A DNA stretch of 64,000 nucleotides from Deferribacterales bacterium (GCA_050251875.1 JBFWMA010000004.1:32001-96000); one strand, 5' to 3'. Shown: positions 48,292 through 58,807, counted from the stretch's first letter. The notes: generated by a model from the sequence alone, not told the origin. Made by a program: numbers and translations.

Positions 48292-48429
48292 ATGAATACT
48301 TCAGACATGTCGCAGGAAGAGCTTGATCTCTGGTCGGATATAAACAATCCTAACAATGACGCGGATATGGACGACTGGTCGGACGCGCATAATCCTAATA
48401 ATGATTCGTATCTAGGCGATGACGATTGA
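48292..48429 (+). CDS. 45-aa acidic micro-protein with a duplicated WSDxxNPNND motif (not in ORF track)
   Basis: GGAGG RBS; MNTSDMSQEELDLWSDINNPNNDADMDDWSDAHNPNNDSYLGDDD. Confidence 0.75.
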   Translation: MNTSDMSQEELDLWSDINNPNNDADMDDWSDAHNPNNDSYLGDDD

Positions 48430-48448
48430 GAGGGAAGGGCAGAGTGAT

Positions 48449-49750
48449 ATGGAAAGCGAGTGCAGATATCCATCCATAGGTGAGTTCTGGAGCTTTATCT
48501 TTGAGAGTACCGGCATCTGGGCTCTTTCAGAGAAGAAGGGTTCGCTCCAGACTCGCCTCAGAAGGCTGGCTTCCGAAGAGTCTTTTTCACTGAGAAGCCA
48601 GTCTGATATAGAGCAAGAGCTCTTTGCGCTGCTTAACGGACTTTTTAAAGATGAGGAGCTGAGTTCCGCTGTCATGAGTCTAATTGATGAAGTTATGATG
48701 GCGTATACTGAGATTATTACTTCTTATATGGCGATGTACACGAAAGAGGAGAATATAAAATATCTCTTGTCTTGCCACGGGGTAGGGCGCTTGGCTTTGT
48801 CTGTCTGTAAACAGCTGGCAAAGCTGAAGAGGAACCGTATTCCGTTCGGCGGCGGGATAGACCTTTTTGTCCCTGATTTTGCTGAAGACGGGACGGTTGT
48901 TTATCCGCTGAGCAAGATGTTGTCGTTTTTGAACAATATTAACCTCAGCAGTAAAAGCGGAGCGGCGAGAGAACATGGATGGACGTCCGCTGATTCCGTC
49001 AGGAGATATCTGAACAGGCTCGATAAAGGGCACGGAAAGAGGAGTCTGGAAGATGTTTTTATTAAACTGAGACCTCTGCTTAGTTTTGATGCGAATCCGG
49101 AGATAGAAAATTATCTGAAATTTCTTGTCTTCATTGCTTATACCTCAGAGGGAATTTGTAAGAAAATCGATGATAAGCGCTTTCTGAGTGAGCTGGTGAG
49201 CGAGTTTGTCCGCCAGTTTCAGAATATTAACAGGGATCAATGGGATGATGCTGCCGACCGCTGGGCTTCTGATTTTCCGGTGCCGTATGATTTAACCGGG
49301 GCGGGTGCGGATCTGGATTATATCGATTCACTGTTCAGATCAAAAACCAACATTGATACATACAGGGAAAAGGTTGATCTTTTTAAGTTGAAATATAAAG
49401 AGACTATCGAAAGATATCCGTGGATATCAGCAGAGCTGGATTCTGACACGGCGTATCTGGAGAATGATTTTGACAGATCGAAGGAGCATATCCGCCGGGC
49501 GTTTGAGCTTGCGAAGTATTCTGCTGGCAGCGGCATACTGAGGGTTTTTGACAGAGCATTTGAGCTGAGCGCCAGATGCGGTGACAGAGAGCTGTTCCGT
49601 CAGGTGTATAAATGGGGGAAATATACTAAGAATATCAGAACCTTCGGCAATATTGACGGTTGTTATAAGATTTGTCTGAGTGGCGGATTATTTGTGATCG
49701 TGACGGATGATGACGCTTTTGAAAAGATATCGGAATATTATCGTAATTAA
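48449..49750 (+). CDS. Hypothetical alpha-helical protein with TPR-like C-terminal part
   Basis: Long ORF 19 nt downstream of the micro-protein; atypical codon usage. Confidence 0.75.
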   Translation: MESECRYPSIGEFWSFIFESTGIWALSEKKGSLQTRLRRLASEESFSLRSQSDIEQELFALLNGLFKDEELSSAVMSLIDEVMMAYTEIITSYMAMYTKEENIKYLLSCHGVGRLALSVCKQLAKLKRNRIPFGGGIDLFVPDFAEDGTVVYPLSKMLSFLNNINLSSKSGAAREHGWTSADSVRRYLNRLDKGHGKRSLEDVFIKLRPLLSFDANPEIENYLKFLVFIAYTSEGICKKIDDKRFLSELVSEFVRQFQNINRDQWDDAADRWASDFPVPYDLTGAGADLDYIDSLFRSKTNIDTYREKVDLFKLKYKETIERYPWISAELDSDTAYLENDFDRSKEHIRRAFELAKYSAGSGILRVFDRAFELSARCGDRELFRQVYKWGKYTKNIRTFGNIDGCYKICLSGGLFVIVTDDDAFEKISEYYRN

Positions 49751-49847
49751 CTCTGCTGACTGGGGATACAATTAGGCTCAGTTAAATAAATTATTTGTGA
49801 TATAATATCATATATACAACAAATTTTCTTATTTGCAGGAGCGCAAG

Positions 49848-51098
49848 ATGGATAAAATATCCCTTAAAGAGCTCGCATTTCCTCTGATTAAATCCATAGA
49901 TAGTTTTAATTATCTATTAAAATCTCACCAGAGAAGAACCGCCGTTATTTCATATCATCTGGGGCGTGAGCTCGGGCTGTCTCATGATGAAATGGTCGAT
50001 CTGGTTGTTGCGGCGGCACTGCACGACATCGGCGCTCTTTCTGTTCAGGAGCGGGACACGCTCATTCAGGAAGATGTGGAAAATCCTTCTCCCCATTGTC
50101 TTATGGGGTACAAAATGCTGTCTATGTTTGACCTGTTCGCCGATATAGCCTGGATCATCAGGCATCACCACATCAAATACGCTGACATGGACAAATATCA
50201 TGAAAAGGTGAAATTTCAGAGCCATATCATACATCTGGCGGACAGGGTGGATATTTATCTGTCGCCCGATCAGTTCATTCTGAACCAGAAAGCGGGTGTT
50301 ACTGAGTCTATACTCCAGAGAAAGGGCAAAATATTTCATCCGGACGTGTGCGATGCTTTTGTCAGAGCGTCCAAGCCGGATATTTTCTGGATAGAGATCA
50401 ATGCGCTCACCATGGAACAGCTTTTCGCCAGAATCGATTTCATCAGCACCATAGAGCTGACCAAAGAGCAGATAGAGCAGTTCGCCCTTACCATATCACG
50501 CATTATCGATTTCAGGAGCAGGTTTACCGCCGGACATTCTTTTACCGTGGGGCATCTGGCGAATTACATCGGGCATGTTCTGGGGCTGGATGAGGATACC
50601 TGCGACAAACTGCTGATAGCGGGATATTTTCACGATATCGGCAAAATAGGCATAGACACGAAATATATAGAGAAAGAGGGACCTCTCACTGAAGAGGAAT
50701 ATAACATGGTGAAACTGCACTGTTATTATTCCGGACAGATCCTGAGCGAGCTGAATTCATCCGCGTGGTTCCGGGATGTGGTGAAGTGGTCGCAGTATCA
50801 TCACGAGAGGATTTCGGGCGATGGGTATCCATTCAGCATCAAAGGGGATGAGATCGACACCGGAACGAGGATAATAGCGTTCTCGGATATGATATCGGCG
50901 CTGATGGAGGACAGACCCTACCGCATCCGGCTCAGCATAGACGATGCTTTCAAAATATTGGACAAATACGCCGAGGAGCACATCGACCCGTATATTTTGA
51001 AGGTGATAGATAAGCATAAGGCGGAGATTCAGCTTATTGTGGATGACTGCAAGGTGAAAGCCGAACGGTATTATGACGAAACCGTGGAGTATAATTAG
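49848..51098 (+). CDS. Tandem HD / HD-GYP domain protein
   Basis: LHDIGA, FHDIGK, HHERISGDGYP; AGGAG RBS. Confidence 0.88.
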   Translation: MDKISLKELAFPLIKSIDSFNYLLKSHQRRTAVISYHLGRELGLSHDEMVDLVVAAALHDIGALSVQERDTLIQEDVENPSPHCLMGYKMLSMFDLFADIAWIIRHHHIKYADMDKYHEKVKFQSHIIHLADRVDIYLSPDQFILNQKAGVTESILQRKGKIFHPDVCDAFVRASKPDIFWIEINALTMEQLFARIDFISTIELTKEQIEQFALTISRIIDFRSRFTAGHSFTVGHLANYIGHVLGLDEDTCDKLLIAGYFHDIGKIGIDTKYIEKEGPLTEEEYNMVKLHCYYSGQILSELNSSAWFRDVVKWSQYHHERISGDGYPFSIKGDEIDTGTRIIAFSDMISALMEDRPYRIRLSIDDAFKILDKYAEEHIDPYILKVIDKHKAEIQLIVDDCKVKAERYYDETVEYN

Positions 51099-51202
51099 AG
51101 ACAGTGGAAAGCACCCGAATGGGTGCCTTCTTTATGCGTTGCCATAATGAGAAATTAAGTGTTACAATGTTGATAATATGGTTATGGTTGGTGGTTAAGA
51201 AT

Positions 51203-51583
51203 ATGAACAGAAAAACTTTTATAGAATCATTAGGAGCAACCTGTAGAAATTGGTATTGGAGTTGGTCTTTTGTAAATCATGCAGAAAAATTTGTTATTTT
51301 TGGAGCATGGGAGCGGAGAGAAAATAAAGATGGTTGCGCATTGATTCTTTCTGATACTTGGAAGAAAGGTGATAATGGGCGTTTGCAAGCTGGATATACT
51401 CAAGCAATTGAGCATATAGGTCTTATTAAAGATAAGGGGTACATACTCAAAATCTTTATGATGGAATATTCTGAAGACAGAAAAGATAAAAATGGCAATG
51501 GTCCTGCCTGTATTAAATCTTTTAGTACTGAAACATTTGTTAGAAAGTTAAAATATGAAAATGAGCAGTGGTTTGCATGCTAG
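51203..51583 (+). CDS. AT-rich hypothetical protein resembling the N-terminal domain of some HNH endonucleases
   Basis: MNRKTFIESLGATCRNWYWSWSFVNH..FVIFGAW; no HNH motif present. Confidence 0.65.
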   Translation: MNRKTFIESLGATCRNWYWSWSFVNHAEKFVIFGAWERRENKDGCALILSDTWKKGDNGRLQAGYTQAIEHIGLIKDKGYILKIFMMEYSEDRKDKNGNGPACIKSFSTETFVRKLKYENEQWFAC

Positions 51584-51609
51584 GGTGATGCCTTGTTGTA
51601 AGTGCTATT

Positions 51610-53007
51610 TTACTTCCTAGGACATCCGGCTTTATTGTCTTTATCATTCATGCATATTTTGTTTCTGCCGGTGCGTTTCGCTTCATAAAGCGCTACATCG
51701 GCTCGGATGAGCATGTTGTCCACTGTGTCATCTGCCACAAGCTCGGCAACACCTCCGCTGACGGTGATTGAAGCGTCATCTATAATGCGAAGAGCGGTCA
51801 GCTGTTCCCTGATTCTCTCCGCCACATTAACAGCGGACTGGCTGTCTGTCTCGGGGCATATAACCAGAAACTCTTCACCGCCCCATCTGCCCAGATAATC
51901 GATATTTCTGATGCTGTCCGATGCCAGCGAAGCGAACCTTTTCAGCACTTCATCACCCCTCTGGTGACCGTATGTATCGTTAACGTTCTTAAAGTGGTCT
52001 ATGTCAAAAATGATAATACTGAACGGACGGGTATATCGTGAGGCTCTTTCGAACTCCCGTTCCAGTATCTGCGTCAGTCTCGCTCTGTTCAGCAGTTTTG
52101 TCAGCATGTCGGTGTTGGATAGTACCGTCAGTTTCTTGTTCAGCCTGTTCAAACGTAAAATCCAGAAAAAACTGACGACTATAGCCACGGCAAAAAATGA
52201 TGCGAATTTATAAAATATGCGGTAATCCAGCCCTTTTTTAATAACTATAGCCACATGATCGTTGATAATCTTCTCCCGCTCCACAGGGGTTATAGTCAGA
52301 ACAGCTTTGTTCAGAACTTCCCGTAGAACAGGTTCAGATTTTATGACGCCGATGCTCAGCTTGTTGGTGAAGTCGGGCAGTTGTCCGGCGATTTTCAGGT
52401 TGAAAAAACCTTGTTCTCTTATGGTATATGCCGCCATAATCAGAGACCGCATTGTCATGTCGGCCTTGCCTTTGTCCACCGCCTCGAACGCTTCTTTTTC
52501 TGATTTCACTATGATTATCTTCAGGTTAGGGTATTTGCTCCTGACGAACTCTTCCATGGCTGTCCCCTCGGGAAAGACTATGGTTTCGTTGTCCAGAGCG
52601 GAGGGGTCGGATATGTATTTGTGTTCGTTTCTGGTGATGAAAACGTTGTAATCGGTGAAGTGCGGCGCAGTGAATATCAGCCATTCTTCCCTTACCGGGG
52701 TTTTGTTCAGAAAGCTGACTGCCTGACATTTTCCCTCTTTTGATGCCTTTATGCTTTCGTCCCAGTCGGCTGTTCTGTAGAGCACAGGTTTCAGTCCCGC
52801 GCGCCCCGATGCCAGACGAAGCAGATCGGCGGCTATGCCGTAGTATTCATCTTTTTCATTAACAGCTTCAAATGGATACCAGTCGGGATCGACACAAACG
52901 GAAAACGTCTTATGTGTTTTGACGTATTCAGCCTCCTGCGGCGTCAGGGTGACGGCAGAGGCGGTGGAACAGATTATAAATAAAAGAAAGGCTATGATGT
53001 GTTTCAT
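51610..53007 (-). CDS. Diguanylate cyclase with periplasmic solute-binding domain
   Basis: VDPDWYPFE SBP; TM; RWGGEEF. Confidence 0.92.
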   Translation of the reverse strand: MKHIIAFLLFIICSTASAVTLTPQEAEYVKTHKTFSVCVDPDWYPFEAVNEKDEYYGIAADLLRLASGRAGLKPVLYRTADWDESIKASKEGKCQAVSFLNKTPVREEWLIFTAPHFTDYNVFITRNEHKYISDPSALDNETIVFPEGTAMEEFVRSKYPNLKIIIVKSEKEAFEAVDKGKADMTMRSLIMAAYTIREQGFFNLKIAGQLPDFTNKLSIGVIKSEPVLREVLNKAVLTITPVEREKIINDHVAIVIKKGLDYRIFYKFASFFAVAIVVSFFWILRLNRLNKKLTVLSNTDMLTKLLNRARLTQILEREFERASRYTRPFSIIIFDIDHFKNVNDTYGHQRGDEVLKRFASLASDSIRNIDYLGRWGGEEFLVICPETDSQSAVNVAERIREQLTALRIIDDASITVSGGVAELVADDTVDNMLIRADVALYEAKRTGRNKICMNDKDNKAGCPRK

Positions 53008-53064
53008 AGCCTATTTTAGCATATTAACGCAAAAAAGATAATATTGATTAATCGGCAATTGTCG

Positions 53065-54753
53065 TTACCAGAATTTGACTACGCTGACGATTTTTTTGCC
53101 TGTATTCACAACTTCATTGAACGAATTTTTTATAAGCTCGGCATCCTTATCCAGATCTGTTTTGCCCGCCAGATATTCGTCATATGTGAGTCCGTTGTCA
53201 TATACTTTCGGCAGGCAAACGCCGACTGATGCGGCGGCGCATCTGCTTCCGTCTGTCCACCATGCGTTGCCGTATGCGGTGGTAAGGCTCCGGGTGAAAT
53301 AATGCGCATCTGTCAGGTTGGCGTATGACATGTTTGAAAAATCCATCTGGACGTTGTTCATCCATGCATTTCTGAAATCCGCGCCCTTCAGATTGCATGT
53401 CATAAATTCAACAGAATAGCCGTCATTTCCGTATATTGCATTTCCCTCTTCGAAATCGGTATATGAGAAATCTGCCTGAGTGAAATTACTGTTCTGAGCA
53501 TATCCGTATACTGTTGACGATGAAAAATGCGCATGTGAAAAATCAGTGTTATACGCATTTATCTCTACAATGCTGTCTATAAATTTCGCATATCTGAAGT
53601 CGGAGTTCGCTATCGGAAAAACATCGCTGTATGAGTGAGATAAGTCGTATAACAGAGCTATTGTATATACGTCAAGCGGATCATAATCCATATTTGCTTT
53701 CAGCGTGGATCTATTAAAAACAGTATTGCTGAAGTCGCAGTTATCAATTCTTTTTGTATTATCGTCTGCTGTTAAGTAATGTGTGTAGGTATTTATCGGG
53801 CATTTTATGAATGACGCTCCTGAAAAATCGGCATTGTATACGTTAATGGTCATAGCTCGCCAGTTATATACATTTCCGGAAAAATCGCCGCCGTCTGAAT
53901 CAATATCTGTAATTCCGCCTACCAGCTCTCTTGCGGTGACATTAGTGGCGGTTTTTTCTGTAACAGACCTTTCGGTGGTGAAGTCATAAGGAACGGAGGA
54001 GAGCTGAAAGCCTAATGCGTCCATCCTTGAGCCGTTATCGGCAAAAATGCTCATATATGCGTCACTGCCGATGATGGAAACAAATCCAAGCCCTGTGTAG
54101 TCTCCGCTGTAGGCGCATCCTGATAGATTATAGCTGATTGTATAGATGTTTTTTTCTGTTTCGGGGGCGGTTATTGTTCCGGTCATTGAGCATCCCCGCC
54201 ATGTGCCTGTCATGCCGCCCGCAGCGTCCACGGTCAGGTTGAGACCGCCGTCAGAGTATGTTCCTGTGAGGTAGGACAGCGAGGCGCCCCTTTCAAAGAG
54301 ATATGAATATGAGGCGTATATTTCGCCTTCCTGATTGTTTTCATTGGAAAAAACGCCGCTGAGGTGATCTTTTTCATCCACAACGGTGGACACTATGCCT
54401 CTGGCAAAGGCGAGCCCTTCGTTGTATATGTCGTACAGCATATATTCTGTGTCTGAACCGACCTGTCCGTCCGACACAAGCACTTTACTGCCCTGCATGT
54501 CGTATGTGCCGGAGAATAACACGCCTGCGTCTTCGGAAACACCGAGTATCTTGCCGTCATAGATGACTATCCGCATGTCGTATGCGCCGACACCTATAAT
54601 GGTCTGATAGCCCAGCCAAAAACCTTCGGGGTCGACTTCGTCTATGGTCTGCACGTTGTTGCGGAGGGATGTATTGTCCCCGTCTCCGCCGCCCATACAT
54701 GAAACGAGCGATAAACATGAGAAAAGCAGTAGGGTTAATTTAAAAAGTCTCAA
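53065..54753 (-). CDS. Lipoprotein with C-terminal pentapeptide repeats
   Basis: Lipobox LVSC; ADFSGASF, CNLKGADFRNA, ANLTDA. Confidence 0.8.
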   Translation of the reverse strand: MRLFKLTLLLFSCLSLVSCMGGGDGDNTSLRNNVQTIDEVDPEGFWLGYQTIIGVGAYDMRIVIYDGKILGVSEDAGVLFSGTYDMQGSKVLVSDGQVGSDTEYMLYDIYNEGLAFARGIVSTVVDEKDHLSGVFSNENNQEGEIYASYSYLFERGASLSYLTGTYSDGGLNLTVDAAGGMTGTWRGCSMTGTITAPETEKNIYTISYNLSGCAYSGDYTGLGFVSIIGSDAYMSIFADNGSRMDALGFQLSSVPYDFTTERSVTEKTATNVTARELVGGITDIDSDGGDFSGNVYNWRAMTINVYNADFSGASFIKCPINTYTHYLTADDNTKRIDNCDFSNTVFNRSTLKANMDYDPLDVYTIALLYDLSHSYSDVFPIANSDFRYAKFIDSIVEINAYNTDFSHAHFSSSTVYGYAQNSNFTQADFSYTDFEEGNAIYGNDGYSVEFMTCNLKGADFRNAWMNNVQMDFSNMSYANLTDAHYFTRSLTTAYGNAWWTDGSRCAAASVGVCLPKVYDNGLTYDEYLAGKTDLDKDAELIKNSFNEVVNTGKKIVSVVKFW

Positions 54754-54993
54754 CTAAAACTCCTGATAAAAGCCGAATAAATTTAAAGCGTTTGCGAATA
54801 ATAAAAAAGCCTCTTAGCAAGGCTCTAATACATAATAACAAAACAATAGTTTGATTACAAATGAAAATGTTTATGTAGGAATTAATGCGGTGTGACGGTT
54901 ACGGATACAGGAGAATCTGTGCGAAAGGTGTTTCCAGCCGCCCCGCCTGCATCCGGTGATTAATTCTGTCACATAGTGCCTTTCCGCCGCCGC

Positions 54994-56316
54994 TTAGCTT
55001 ATAATGACGCTCTGGGTGATGTCGACTACTGATCCATCGCTCATATAGCTGAACACGGCAGATGTGTTCTGCGCTCCGGTGGAAATAACAGCGAAAGTAC
55101 GCTCCGCGCCGGAATATACGTTGTTGTGGTCTACCCATGTACCGGAGTTCACATAGAACTTTCCTCCGCCGGCAGATGTGCAGGATGGAACATGCGTATG
55201 CCCGAAAACCACAATCTCCACATTCTCCGCAGGATTATCAAGATAATTCTCTTTGGCTCTGGCAAAATACGCTTTGTGGTCAACAGCTCCGAGAATGGCA
55301 GGGATAAATGAGTTGGGAACGTTCACTCCGTTGAGAGTCTGACGTTCGGTCCATGTCCGCTGAATATTTTTGTAAAGCACAGGGGCGGTAATTGTTCCGT
55401 CTGTCTGCTGTGCGGGATAGAAGTCCAGATAAGAATAAGAGTCGTCAAACCCGCATATCCGCATGTCGAATATCTTCCTATTGAGGGGTTCGTAAGGAGT
55501 TATGCGTGAGGACACGCTTTTGAGCACGGCGTAATACAGATAAGCTCCGTACTGATCGGTATCGCTCTGTGCGGGCACTGTGGTTACCACCGGCAGATTT
55601 TTTTCAATCTCAGGATATCCTTCATCCACCCATGTGGCGCCATAGCGTGCATAAAAATATCCGGCAGGCAGAATCGTTTCATCGTTGCCGCACAGCGCTG
55701 CGTTGGAGACAGTATCCGGAGCAGAGAACACATCATAACGATGTCCGTGTTCGATCACTATCTCGTTATTGCTTCCTGTGTAGTATGAGCCGAGTCCTCT
55801 GACATCTCTGGCCTGAACCATCCCGGGGACAGCTCTTTGCAGAACGTCCTCTTCAAGTGTAAGATCGTGGTTGCCGGGAACATAGACAACCTTGATACCG
55901 CTGTCTATCACATTGTTCAGTTCATCGAACACAGCCTTATTGTTCTCTATCACGTCTTTGTAAAACTGATCCTGATCGGTGTAGGAAGGGTAATGGACAG
56001 GCAGAAACCACTCATCCAGAAAGTCTCCGGCAATAACCAGCTCGCTCACGTCTATGGTGCTCTGGATACGCTTTAAAAATTGTACCAGATAAGGGCGGTT
56101 GGTTAATGTTTCCGTGAATGCGTCATCAACTCCGAGGTGAATGTCGCTGATGACAACTATTTTGTTTCTAGAGCTGTCGGGATTCCAAAGCGGATTTTCA
56201 TCGGAATCTTCAGAGGCGAAAATCGCGTCTGCGCATCCGGCGGTGTTCAGAGCGACAAAGCAGGCTCCGGCGCCGATCCCCAGAGTTTTGATAAAATGTC
56301 TTCGGGAAAATTTCAT
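54994..56316 (-). CDS. Tat-exported calcineurin-like metallophosphoesterase
   Basis: SRRHFIK; SDIH, GDFLD, GNHD, HGH, GHTH. Confidence 0.88.
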   Translation of the reverse strand: MKFSRRHFIKTLGIGAGACFVALNTAGCADAIFASEDSDENPLWNPDSSRNKIVVISDIHLGVDDAFTETLTNRPYLVQFLKRIQSTIDVSELVIAGDFLDEWFLPVHYPSYTDQDQFYKDVIENNKAVFDELNNVIDSGIKVVYVPGNHDLTLEEDVLQRAVPGMVQARDVRGLGSYYTGSNNEIVIEHGHRYDVFSAPDTVSNAALCGNDETILPAGYFYARYGATWVDEGYPEIEKNLPVVTTVPAQSDTDQYGAYLYYAVLKSVSSRITPYEPLNRKIFDMRICGFDDSYSYLDFYPAQQTDGTITAPVLYKNIQRTWTERQTLNGVNVPNSFIPAILGAVDHKAYFARAKENYLDNPAENVEIVVFGHTHVPSCTSAGGGKFYVNSGTWVDHNNVYSGAERTFAVISTGAQNTSAVFSYMSDGSVVDITQSVIIS

Positions 56317-56424
56317 GATGAGCCTCCAAGGATCGATAAATGTTGTCTTCATGATAACTCAAAAAGTTTCAGGAAAGCGTGCTTGCGCTTAAAAGACTCA
56401 TTTTTACACTTATTAATCCTGTAA

Positions 56425-57705
56425 TCAGACCAGAAGACGTACCCGAAAGATGCCGTTCTCTATTTTATACAGAAGCTCTCCGTCATATTTCTTCGCAAAT
56501 GCCGCAACGCTCTTGCTGCCGATTCCGTGACCTTCACCGCTTGCGGCAGGATGCCCGTTTTCGTCCAGCACAGAATCCGTGTCGCAGGGATTTTCTATCT
56601 CAAGCAGAAGCCGCCCGACACTCCTGCATATGAATCGTACGCCTGCTCCGTAAGGATTTTTCACGCATGAGTGGATGGCGTTTTCCAGCAGATTAGAAAC
56701 AACCATCGAAAGCTCCAGCGAGTCCACATTCAGTTCGGCTGGAACGTCCATAGTGATTTCCGCGCGTATGCCCTCCTGATCGGCTATTCCGGCATAGTGA
56801 CTTACAGCGGCGTTAACGGCGGGATTCTCACAGAAAACTCTGCTGACTTTAGGCGCGGTCTGGTTCTGCTTTTGCAAAAGCGCCTCCGCCTCCTGTGTGT
56901 GTCCCTGTTCCAGAAGCTCCAGCAGAACGTTATTAAAATGCCTGCGGTCGTGTGCGGTACGGCTGTCCAGTTCAGAAGCCTCTTCCATAAGTTTCAGTCT
57001 CTCGGACATGCTGTTCGCCGCCAGCTGGAGATATTCCCGCTCCGCCTGAATAGACTGATTCTCCTCCCGCATCTCATACTGCTTTGTTATGGCTTTCAGA
57101 GAGTGGATTATGGTGACATACACCGACAGCCCGAGGAGAATAAGCAGAAGCAGCTGGATATAATTGTTGAGCAGTGTGTGTTTGATATCGCCGCCGAAAA
57201 AATATCCCATGAAGCATGCAAAAAGCAGGACGACAGGCAGAATGTACATGTGCCAGTAGTCCAGTACGTTCCGGTAGGGCTTCGAAACCCATTTACGGAA
57301 TACAAAAATGACAATTGAGAACAGTATCAGACGCAAAAAAATGTGTCCGTATTTAGGGTCGGGAAACACCCGGCTGAAAGTGTAGCTCACGAAAACAATA
57401 GCGGCGTGGATATTCAGCATGGTGATGTAGCTGAAGCACCACTGCATTATTGTGTCAGAAAAGAGGGGCTTCATGACGACTCCGATAACCAGCAGTATCG
57501 CAAGGTCAACATAAAAAACCGCTGTATAGTCCTCTGTCCGGTAAAAGTAATAGTTGATAATTAGGTTTGCGGCAATCAGCACCGCGGAGGTGACAATGTA
57601 GGCGGTTCTGCTTTTGTATTTGGGTCTGGCCATGGTACAGAGCAGAAGTATCAGCATGACATCTGTGACGAACGCCCGGAGCAGGTCAGGAAAATACTGT
57701 TTCAC
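56425..57705 (-). CDS. Multi-TM GHKL sensor kinase (AgrC/VirS-like)
   Basis: Several TM helices; HDRRH; SNLLENA; HGIG. Confidence 0.85.
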   Translation of the reverse strand: MKQYFPDLLRAFVTDVMLILLLCTMARPKYKSRTAYIVTSAVLIAANLIINYYFYRTEDYTAVFYVDLAILLVIGVVMKPLFSDTIMQWCFSYITMLNIHAAIVFVSYTFSRVFPDPKYGHIFLRLILFSIVIFVFRKWVSKPYRNVLDYWHMYILPVVLLFACFMGYFFGGDIKHTLLNNYIQLLLLILLGLSVYVTIIHSLKAITKQYEMREENQSIQAEREYLQLAANSMSERLKLMEEASELDSRTAHDRRHFNNVLLELLEQGHTQEAEALLQKQNQTAPKVSRVFCENPAVNAAVSHYAGIADQEGIRAEITMDVPAELNVDSLELSMVVSNLLENAIHSCVKNPYGAGVRFICRSVGRLLLEIENPCDTDSVLDENGHPAASGEGHGIGSKSVAAFAKKYDGELLYKIENGIFRVRLLV

Positions 57706-57707
57706 TG

Positions 57708-58439
57708 TTATCCCCTTTTTGCAGAAATATAGTCCATGTATGCGTCCCGCACCGCGGGGTAACGTTTTGCCGCTATGGGCACAACCATTCCGCCGAAGAA
57801 CGTGAAGCTCTCTTTGGAAAAATGCTCAATTCTGTGCATATTAACCACAAAAGCGTTGTGGCATTGTAAAAAGTGTCTGTTTTTTAACAATGGAGCGCAG
57901 TATTGCGAAAAACTCTCTCTGAAAGTACGGCTTAAAATCTCCTCACCGCTTTTCAGGGTGAAGCAGACGGAATGACTACGGTATTCACAGCATACTATGT
58001 CCCGCAGTCTGAGAACCCTCAGGCTGCCTGCTGTTTTTACGGAAAATATCTGTTCTTCGGCAATGTCAGCTCTGGAGACGGCGAGGGACATAGCGTCAAA
58101 AAGTTTCTGTCTGTCTATTGGTTTGACGAGATAATTTATGGGGTTGGCGGCATATGCCTGCAAAGCGAACTGTGGCTCTGTTGTGGCAAAGATGATCTGC
58201 GCTTCGCTGTCAGAACGGCGAATCTCCATGCCCAGTTCCAGACCGCTGACCATGGGCATCACTATGTCCAGAATGTAGATATGAAAACTGCCTGATTCAA
58301 TAGCTGTAAGAAGAGCATCGGGATGGGAGAAACCTGTCACCACGGCATCGAAACCGTTTGCGGACACAAATTCATCAGTCAGTGAAACAAGTCTCCGCAG
58401 ATCTTCCGGCAGATCATCGCAGATCGCAATTCGCAGCAT
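57708..58439 (-). CDS. LytTR-family response regulator
   Basis: IAICDD, LDIVMP, FLQCHNAFVVN. Confidence 0.9.
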   Translation of the reverse strand: MLRIAICDDLPEDLRRLVSLTDEFVSANGFDAVVTGFSHPDALLTAIESGSFHIYILDIVMPMVSGLELGMEIRRSDSEAQIIFATTEPQFALQAYAANPINYLVKPIDRQKLFDAMSLAVSRADIAEEQIFSVKTAGSLRVLRLRDIVCCEYRSHSVCFTLKSGEEILSRTFRESFSQYCAPLLKNRHFLQCHNAFVVNMHRIEHFSKESFTFFGGMVVPIAAKRYPAVRDAYMDYISAKRG

Positions 58440-58753
58440 CAGTCACTTCCGCTTTATAATATTAAACATACTGTCATATTTGTATTATTACAGCACCCGC
58501 ACAAAATATCAATTGATTAAGGTTAGTTGACTAATCTTCATTAATAAATGAGAAAAATACGAAAACTGCTATTCCGGAATTTAAGCAATGGATAATGATG
58601 AAAATGGAACGTTTGGAATCGCTTTTGATGCGGCTTTGTCCTAAAGCCTTTCAAAAGCCAGTCTGTTCACTTCCGCAGACATCCTGTCTGCTCATCCTCC
58701 CTGTTCGGTCGGCGTTCACAGCCGTTCGATTCCCTTTGTCTGCTCTATAACGC

Positions 58754-58778
58754 AAAAAAGACACCCGAAGGTGTCTTT
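58754..58778 (-). terminator. Terminator downstream of the att fragment
   Basis: Minus strand AAAGACACC-TTCG-GGTGTCTTTTTT. Confidence 0.85.
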
Positions 58779-58787
58779 ATTTCCGTA

Positions 58788-58807
58788 TGGAGGCGGTGGG
58801 AATCGAA
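58788..58807 (-). other. att site: 3' fragment of tmRNA (or tRNA-Ala)
   Basis: TTCGATT-CCCAC-CGCCTCC-A reads as T-loop, T-stem, acceptor stem with U70 and A73; 5' half absent; ~200 bp from an integrase. Confidence 0.8.
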
